A stretch of DNA of 64,000 nucleotides from Dehalococcoidia bacterium. GTDB taxonomy: Bacteria > Chloroflexota > Dehalococcoidia > Lucifugimonadales > Lucifugimonadaceae. Made by a program: the position numbers and the translations under genes. Positions within the stretch are counted from its first letter, which is position 1. Each line of letters starts with the position of its first letter. The notes beneath the pieces were generated by a model, which did no database searches, had not been told where the DNA came from, and was given only the letters and a program-made list of their open reading frames with translations. This document shows positions 57,629 to 64,000 of the stretch, piece after piece. The stretch lies in assembly GCA_965204135.1 (NCBI GenBank), contig CBDBDX010000012.1, positions 35,503 to 99,502 on the forward strand, read 5' to 3'.

Positions 57629-57768
57629 CAGTCCTACCTACAGCCAAGCACGGAATGAAACCGCACGAGATGCCTCATTCATCGCAGAAAACCCAAACAA
57701 CAAACGCCGAAATCATAGCCCATCATTCAAAATCATGGCAATCATAGTTCAATAACCATCTCACAATC

Positions 57769-58209
57769 TCAGATCTCCCGATTGATGGTCACCGACATCG
57801 GCGTCCGGTCCCAGCCCGAGAAGATGTCGCTCGCCAACTGCTGCATCACACGACTAATGTTCGAGAACGTGGCAATACCCACTGGCTTTCCATCAGCATC
57901 CACCACCGGCAATCTCGATATCCGACGTTGCGACATCACTCTCGCCGCCTCCACGACATCCGTGTCCGGTCCCGCCGTATGCACCGGGCTGCTCATGTGA
58001 ATCAAGATCGGACTCGCGCTCGGATCTTCTCCTGCTCCCACGCAACCGACCGCGACGTCCCAACTAGTGATGATCCCCTCAACAACTCCTTTCCGAACAA
58101 CCACAAGAGAGCCGACGTCATGAGCCCGCATCCGCTTGGCTGCATCCGCCACGCTCAGCTCAGCCGTGATCGTCAGCACTGGCGCCGTCATTATCTCTTC
58201 AAGTCGCAT
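57769..58209 (-). CDS. CBS domain pair protein
   Basis: Two CBS repeats (IMTAPVLTI..., HMSSPVHTA...RRISRLPVVD). Confidence 0.8.
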   Translation of the reverse strand: MRLEEIMTAPVLTITAELSVADAAKRMRAHDVGSLVVVRKGVVEGIITSWDVAVGCVGAGEDPSASPILIHMSSPVHTAGPDTDVVEAARVMSQRRISRLPVVDADGKPVGIATFSNISRVMQQLASDIFSGWDRTPMSVTINREI

Positions 58210-58212
58210 CGC

Positions 58213-58356
58213 ACGTCATTCCAGCGGTCCCGGGATCCAGAGGGCAGGCGAGCGCGGTATGCCCGAACGGAGCTGCCGCTAACTTTGCCCCCGAAATCCT
58301 TTAATCCTTACAATCCTTCAAGCTTGTCCCGTACTCCGATACGGGATCCCGGGTCA
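58213..58356. repeat. repeat-family element bounded by a 10-bp inverted repeat (cccgggatcc / ggatcccggg)
   Basis: The inverted repeat lies at 58229-58238 and 58343-58352. The interior gcgagcgcggtatgccc matches gcgagtgcgcggggtatgccc at about 59384-59404. Confidence 0.5.
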
Positions 58357-58568
58357 GACTACGAACATTTATCATGCAACATTGGGCATCGCGCAGATAC
58401 CAGTAATATACCCCGATGCCGCAAACATCAATTCTAGACCCTACAGCACAATCCGAACTCGCCACATGTCCATAATCCTGATGATCGCGCTCGTGTTGCT
58501 GTCTGCCATCGCTATCGGCGTCGCTGTCGCACACATCAGCCCCGTCTGATTCCAACACGGCGCCAACA

Positions 58569-59342
58569 ATGCCGAAAATAAACGCAAACATACAGTTCAT
58601 GTTCAATGAATATGAACTGCTCGACCGATACGACGCCGCGGCGAGAGCAGGCTTCAAAGGCGTCGAAATCCAAGCTCCTTATTCCGAAACGATAGACGCC
58701 ATCCAAGAACGCCTCAAACGCAACCGACTCAAGCACGTCATCATCAATCTGCCCGTGGTAGACCCCGAAACCGGGCTAAACAACCTCCCGCTCCAGCCCG
58801 ACAAGGTCGACCTATACCAAGAGAGCGTCGCCCTCGGCGTCGAATACGCTGCCGGACTCGGCTGCATCGGCGTAAACACTGGGATCGGTCCGCTACCCCA
58901 AGGCATCGATCCCGAAATCGCCTACCGCACCTATATCGACAATCTACGCTACGCCGCATCCGAACTCGAAAAAGTTGGGGTCACCGCCCTCATAGAACCG
59001 ATCAACACCCGCGACCAACCGGGTTTCCTCATCCACACCTCCGCGCAAGGCATGAAAGCCATCGCCGACGCCGCACACCCAAACGTTCTCCTGCAGTACG
59101 ACTTCTACCACATGCAGATCATGGAAGGCGACCTCGTCGAAACATTCGCCAAGCTACTCCCAAACATCGGACACGTCCAATTCGCCGACACCCCAGGCCG
59201 CAACGAACCCGGCACCGGCGAAATCAACTACCCATTCATATTCCGCAAACTCGACGAACTCGGCTACCAAGGCTGGGCCGGAGCCGAATACAACCCCTCC
59301 ACCCAAACCGAAAAAACCCTAAACTGGTTCAAAAACCTCTAA
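58569..59342 (+). CDS. hyi: hydroxypyruvate isomerase family (xylose isomerase-like TIM barrel)
   Basis: LIEPINTRD.PGF, YDFYHMQIMEGDL, GHVQFADTPGRNEPGTGEINY, GW.GAEY.P. Confidence 0.8.
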   Translation: MPKINANIQFMFNEYELLDRYDAAARAGFKGVEIQAPYSETIDAIQERLKRNRLKHVIINLPVVDPETGLNNLPLQPDKVDLYQESVALGVEYAAGLGCIGVNTGIGPLPQGIDPEIAYRTYIDNLRYAASELEKVGVTALIEPINTRDQPGFLIHTSAQGMKAIADAAHPNVLLQYDFYHMQIMEGDLVETFAKLLPNIGHVQFADTPGRNEPGTGEINYPFIFRKLDELGYQGWAGAEYNPSTQTEKTLNWFKNL

Positions 59343-59859
59343 CCCCTGCCCCTTTCGCTCTGCGAAAGGGGCGCGCACAAGCGAAGCGAGTGCGCGGGGT
59401 ATGCCCAGGCAGGGCGGCAGGGCAACAGGTTTCCCCCGCTCGCGGGGTGAAATGTCCGAAGGACAAAGGGGGCGCGCGTAAGCGCACGGGATGCTCGTTC
59501 AAGGTCCGGGCGAATGGTCTCTCTACCCGGCACACGTCTTTCCGCTTCGCCGGGCGGAAGAGGCTGCAGCACCAGCGAGAGGAACGAATCGAGCGATGAC
59601 GGGGGCTGATCTTTCAGAACGCTCCCCGGAGGGCCGACGGTCTGGCGACGTCGGCGGTGCTGGACTATTGAGGAACATACAAGCAACCTATCGCACGCGA
59701 CCCCAACGACGCGGCGATGATTCGACTGAAACCAACCCTCCCCCTCGCCTTCTCTCCCCTTCCCCCTCTGGGGGAAGTGCCGAAGGCGATGGGGGCAACG
59801 CAAGCGAAGCGATCCTCGCAGGGGATGCCCCCGAAAGGGAGGATTACGCGCGCCCAACT
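59343..59859. repeat. 517-bp non-coding tract between convergent genes, packed with degenerate repeat-family modules
   Basis: cccctttcgc-tct-gcgaaagggg, cgcgcac-aagcgaagcga-gtgcgcg, ggggtatgccc, ...gcaagcgaagcgatcc...ggggatgccc. Track ORFs here are low-complexity artefacts. Confidence 0.75.
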
Positions 59860-61194
59860 TCAACCCCGATACCCATCCACCGCCTCAAACATCAACGCCA
59901 CCCCGAAATTCAAAGCATCCACCGGAATCCGCTCATCCGGACCATGGAACAACGACATAAAGTCCAAACCCGCTGGCAACCGCATCGGCGTGAAACCATA
60001 CGTATCGATCCCCAGCTCATGGAACCACTTCGCATCCGTCCCACCAGCAACCATGTACGGAATCGCCTTCGAACCCGGATCAGCCCGCTCCAATAACCCC
60101 GAAAGATACGGCATCAACCTCATATCCACCGGAGGCGGCCCATCCTCATAACGCTCCACCTGAATCTCCGCATTATCCCCCACAACCGCCAAAACCTCAC
60201 GCACAATATCCGACTGATTCGAACCCGGCAACAACCGGCAGTCCAACAGTACCTCCACCTCCGACGGCACCGCATTCTGCTGCTTACCACCCTCAATGAT
60301 CGTCGGCGATATAGTGTCTCGCAGCATTGGCTCCAACACCCGACCAACCTTCTCTCCCATCAACCCCAACGCAACACCCGTCGTATTCGGATTCATCGCC
60401 ATCCGCAACGCCATACCCTCCCGCATACCCATCCCTTCGCCCATCGCCTCCAGCATCGCACGAGTCGGCCCCACCACCCTGAACGGCGGATGCCGACGCT
60501 CCATCCGACGCAACGCCCGCGCAGCACGACTCATCGCGGTGTTCTTATGTATCTGCGAACCATGCCCGCCTTGCCCCAGAAACTTCACTCGAATCCGACA
60601 GATATGCTTCTCAGCCACCATGATCGGATAAAAACGGCGGCCCCGAACATGCACCGTGAAACCGCCCAACTCTCCAAGCGCATGCCTCACCCCTTCAAAC
60701 AGATGCGCATGCTCCCGAACCAGATAAGCCGCTCCTTGCCTACCCCCCAACTCCTCATCCGCCACGGCAGCCAAGACCACATCCCCCGGAGGCGGAACCT
60801 CCGAGTATCGAGCACGTAGAAGAGCGTGCAGCATCATCGTCAACCCACCCTTCATATCCACCGCGCCACGCCCCCAAACGCAACGATCAGCGATCTCGCC
60901 TCCGAAAGGATCACGGCTCCACCGCTGACCATGCACACTGACCACATCCGTATGCCCTTGCAACAACAAAGGCGGCGCATCCCCTCGCCCTCGCACCCGA
61001 GCCACCACGCTCAACCGAGTTGGCAATCCCGCAGGATGCAAAAGCTGATTGTCGATGCCGTGCTCGTCTAGAAGCGACTTCAGCCAAAGCGCACACTCGC
61101 GCTCCTGCCCAGGCGGATTGGAGGTGTCGAACCTGATGAGCCGCTGCGCCAGCTCAACCGCTGACGGCAACCCCGAAATACCCGACTCCAACAT
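59860..61194 (-). CDS. M20 family metallopeptidase/deacylase
   Basis: LLLQGHTDVV, GRGAVDMKGG, ADEELGG. Confidence 0.85.
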   Translation of the reverse strand: MLESGISGLPSAVELAQRLIRFDTSNPPGQERECALWLKSLLDEHGIDNQLLHPAGLPTRLSVVARVRGRGDAPPLLLQGHTDVVSVHGQRWSRDPFGGEIADRCVWGRGAVDMKGGLTMMLHALLRARYSEVPPPGDVVLAAVADEELGGRQGAAYLVREHAHLFEGVRHALGELGGFTVHVRGRRFYPIMVAEKHICRIRVKFLGQGGHGSQIHKNTAMSRAARALRRMERRHPPFRVVGPTRAMLEAMGEGMGMREGMALRMAMNPNTTGVALGLMGEKVGRVLEPMLRDTISPTIIEGGKQQNAVPSEVEVLLDCRLLPGSNQSDIVREVLAVVGDNAEIQVERYEDGPPPVDMRLMPYLSGLLERADPGSKAIPYMVAGGTDAKWFHELGIDTYGFTPMRLPAGLDFMSLFHGPDERIPVDALNFGVALMFEAVDGYRG

Positions 61195-61197
61195 CGT

Positions 61198-62298
61198 TCA
61201 CGGCAGCTGAAGATTCAATTCCAGCTCCGCATTAATCGAGTCGAACCACTCCATAACCTCAGGATGGTACGGTATCCCATTCTTCGTTCGATCCTCCCGC
61301 TCCTCGCTCTCGATCAGACCCGGATACACGACACGGTCATGACCCGGTGCCGGGGGCGTAGTCGCCAACCCTTCCAAGAATAAATCCATGTCGTCCTTGA
61401 ACTTGTCAGGATCCGTGAAAGCGTCGATTCGATACGCCGAGAAGAAGTGCCCGCCGCTCTCGGTCACAAACCCAGGACCATTGCCCGACAACGTGCTCGT
61501 CATAATGTCCACGATGCAAGCCAACGCGTAGCCCTTGTGCGACCCCATCTCGCGCGTACCGCCGAATGGAAGCATGTACCAGTGCCGCCTTTCACCCCGG
61601 ATATCCTCGTCCGGCACCGGCTCCTCCTCCATGATCGGAGAGCCGTCATCCCTTGCCAACCAACCCGGCAAGATTGGCGCATCCATCCTCTGCAGCAACC
61701 GAATCTTGTTACCCGCCACCTGCGTCGTAGCAGCATCGAATATGAAATACGGCTGATTGCGCGCTGGCACCGCCCAAGCCAACGGATTCGTCCCAAACCG
61801 CGGCTCCGCACCGAACGTCGGCAGCATCGCAAATCCACCACCACCAGTCATGCACACCCCGATCATGTCATGCTCAATCGCCCGTACCGCGTGGTAACCA
61901 GCTGCACCGAGGTGGCCCGAGTTCATCAAGGTCGCCGCCGCCATCCCATGCTCATTCGCCTTCTCGATCACGAGATCCATGACACGCGGCGCTTGGTGCA
62001 ATCCCAAACCCCCGTCGCCATCCAGCGCCGCCGTCACACTCGACTCCCGGATGATCCGCATCTCAGGATTCGGATTAATATTCCCGGCTTGATAGCCCTG
62101 AACATACATCCGAAGCATGTTCGACACGCCATGAGTGTCAACACCGTTCAGATCGGCATACATCAACACATCGGTCGAAAGCTCAGCATCCGCGTCCGAT
62201 AACCCCATTGCTGAGAAGACAGTGTTCGTCGCGTCCCGCATCCGGTCCGGCATCACACGGATCGCTTCATCTTCCGGCACATGAAATCTCTCAAGCAT
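61198..62298 (-). CDS. Ldh_2 family (malate/L-lactate/ureidoglycolate-type) oxidoreductase
   Basis: DTHGVSNMLRMYV, GHLGAAGYH, FGGTREMGSHKGYAL. Confidence 0.85.
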   Translation of the reverse strand: MLERFHVPEDEAIRVMPDRMRDATNTVFSAMGLSDADAELSTDVLMYADLNGVDTHGVSNMLRMYVQGYQAGNINPNPEMRIIRESSVTAALDGDGGLGLHQAPRVMDLVIEKANEHGMAAATLMNSGHLGAAGYHAVRAIEHDMIGVCMTGGGGFAMLPTFGAEPRFGTNPLAWAVPARNQPYFIFDAATTQVAGNKIRLLQRMDAPILPGWLARDDGSPIMEEEPVPDEDIRGERRHWYMLPFGGTREMGSHKGYALACIVDIMTSTLSGNGPGFVTESGGHFFSAYRIDAFTDPDKFKDDMDLFLEGLATTPPAPGHDRVVYPGLIESEEREDRTKNGIPYHPEVMEWFDSINAELELNLQLP

Positions 62299-62506
62299 GA
62301 TCTGGCATCACCTGGATTACTGCATCTTTCACGTCAGCCACCAGTCGGGTTCTTCGACCCATCCGCTGGCAATTGACGCAATGCTATACCATCGTGCCGA
62401 AACTTCAGGAAGGTTTGCACCGTACCGAAAGCAAGTAGCGAATCCATCTCGCTAGAATGAAATCCAAGCCACGCCAAACGCGGTTTGGATTCCCTTGGGG
62501 ATCAAC

Positions 62507-62550
62507 GAGGATGGGGGTGCTTAAGGAGGCTAGGAAAGCACCCCATCCTC
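62507..62550. other. long hairpin in a 458-nt non-coding spacer (gaggatggggGtgct - 15 nt loop - agcaccccatcctc)
   Basis: 14-bp stem with one bulge, read directly. A second imperfect hairpin lies at 62461-62491. Confidence 0.6.
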
Positions 62551-62756
62551 GCACGTGGCCTGCGCTCTGACCGGCAGAATGCTCTCAGGCCAACTCGACA
62601 GCGATTGATTGGGCGATCCGTGCCGAATGGTCGCCCGGCCGTCGACACATAGAGGTTGTGGGTGAATCGTCAAATTCGCCCCCTTTGTCTAACAATTGTA
62701 TCTCATTTGGCGTTACGCTACGATTTGCGTCGTCGACACTGCAATTGTTCTGTGAA

Positions 62757-63713
62757 TCAACGGGCCTTAACGGTTTGTGTAAGCCTTGAACCGCTGCGAC
62801 TGGCATTGTGCCTGTTTACGCCGGCTTTCTTGTGACTAACCAAATGGTCAAGCGCGATGTTGAGACGACTCGAAAGGATCCTGAGCGTACTCACCAATCG
62901 GAGCCGGCGGTACTCAGGAATTTCTGCGCTGGCGAGTTTCTCCAAGTTTCCGGCCAAAAGGAACGCGTCCTTCTGCATCAGTTCCAGGTTGTCGTCATAG
63001 TGCCCGTTCACATGATCGATCTGAATCCCGCCGTTGCCGTTTCGAGCCACACCGTTCATAGTTTCGGGAACGTGCTTTTCGCCAGTCTTGGACTCATCGA
63101 CCACGAATTCGGAAATTATCTCCTCGGACGACACGGAAGGGTTGGCTTTAGCTTTGGCAACGAGTTCCTCGACATGAACGCTGCTCAGCCGTGAATCGAT
63201 AAACGGTTCTGCCAACTCTTCTTGTCTTCGGTGCCCGTTGATGTCGGCAATACATCTGGCCTCTTTGAAGGTCAACTCGCCTCTGTCGATATGAGTCTGC
63301 AACTTCGGTGAAAGCGTCTTTCTGAGACTTTCGTAGTGATGCACGGTACCCGCCGTGATGCCAGTCCGTCGCGCCAGCTCCTGCTGGGTCACGTGATACC
63401 GCTCCCGGTATCGGATAAAAGATTCCGCCATTTTTATCGGCGGTAGCAATGAAGAGAAGTATTCATCGGCGAGGCGCAACTCTTCTCGCTCCTCGTCCGA
63501 TACGCCCTGACGTACGACGCATTCGACGACATCTTCTCCGGCCCGTTGGGCAGCATCGATCGTATTATGTCCGCAAAGCAGATAGAACTTACCTTGTTCG
63601 GCGAGGACGACAGGCATGCGTCGTTGCCGCCGCCGCCTCGCCCATGCCCGATGAGCCTTGTCGTACACGGGGCGTTCTGGATCTGGGAGTATGTTTTCTA
63701 TTGCTATTCGCAT
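62757..63713 (-). CDS. ParB/Srx-like N-terminal domain + HTH protein (orphan, degenerate arginine patch)
   Basis: IAIENILPDP...YLLCGHNTIDAAQRAGEDVVECVV, HTH VTQQELARRTGITAGTVHHYESL. Start trimmed to 63713. Confidence 0.6.
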   Translation of the reverse strand: MRIAIENILPDPERPVYDKAHRAWARRRRQRRMPVVLAEQGKFYLLCGHNTIDAAQRAGEDVVECVVRQGVSDEEREELRLADEYFSSLLPPIKMAESFIRYRERYHVTQQELARRTGITAGTVHHYESLRKTLSPKLQTHIDRGELTFKEARCIADINGHRRQEELAEPFIDSRLSSVHVEELVAKAKANPSVSSEEIISEFVVDESKTGEKHVPETMNGVARNGNGGIQIDHVNGHYDDNLELMQKDAFLLAGNLEKLASAEIPEYRRLRLVSTLRILSSRLNIALDHLVSHKKAGVNRHNASRSGSRLTQTVKAR

Positions 63714-64000
63714 CTCAAACGGCCTACCTTTTCCGCCTCTAGGCTGCTTGGAACATCGTGATAGGTGAGATTCTGCTTTCCCAACAACGCATGACAAAGA
63801 AACTGTCCTAACGGTTTCCAAAACGAATTCGGAAAATTCTGTTGTTCTAGTTGCATTTGGAAAATAACAGCCGTATACTGTTGTCAGCCGAGCATCAGAG
63901 ATCAGTTTGCAGTTTGAAATCATGGCTCTAGATTCCAAATCAGTCCCACCCTATGTGGCATATCGAACATTCCGAACTTTTCTGGAATCGCTTGCGATAA

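Noticed and set aside
59596-59720. tmRNA-like 5' end (gggggctgatc resembles GGGGCUGAU).
   Set aside because: There is no T-arm/acceptor 3' end (GGTTCGAATCC...CCA), no tag-peptide reading frame, and the available length is far too short.
62522-62536. Perfect Shine-Dalgarno (aaggagg) in the loop of the 62507-62550 hairpin as a sequestered RBS of a small ORF.
   Set aside because: There is no ATG, GTG or TTG at a usable distance downstream on the plus strand and no ORF follows.

Overview
This is a densely coding bacterial chromosomal segment, moderately GC-rich by eye (not computed). Most of it is ordinary housekeeping: dnaX, pheST, argJB, folE, folC, fabF, ffh, rpe, pheA, moeA, tldD/pmbA and one tRNA-Asp. 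A K+ uptake cluster and many small-molecule catabolic enzymes sit between these genes, including three enolase-superfamily paralogs, SDRs, VOC proteins, MBL hydrolases, Ldh_2, an M20 peptidase and hyi. I found no rRNA, CRISPR array, transposase or integrase, and no convincing large novel multi-gene system. The observations most worth follow-up are: (1) an OsmC-family gene with an in-frame TGA exactly at the peroxidatic Cys position, a candidate selenoprotein; (2) a family of modular G/C-rich hairpin repeats that fills several intergenic regions, always starts a few nt after + strand stop codons, forms a 517-bp non-coding tract, and occurs once as three in-frame tandem copies inside an MFS transporter gene; (3) a type II R-M-like pair at the left edge with a frame-broken methyltransferase next to an intact, translationally coupled PD-(D/E)xK ORF; (4) a higBA module whose toxin has TGA in place of the conserved Trp; (5) an archaeal-type phosphopantothenate synthetase homolog in a bacterial context; (6) a right-edge region with an orphan, degenerate ParB-like gene and a 458-nt structured spacer. 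All family calls come from motif recognition by eye. No searches were run.
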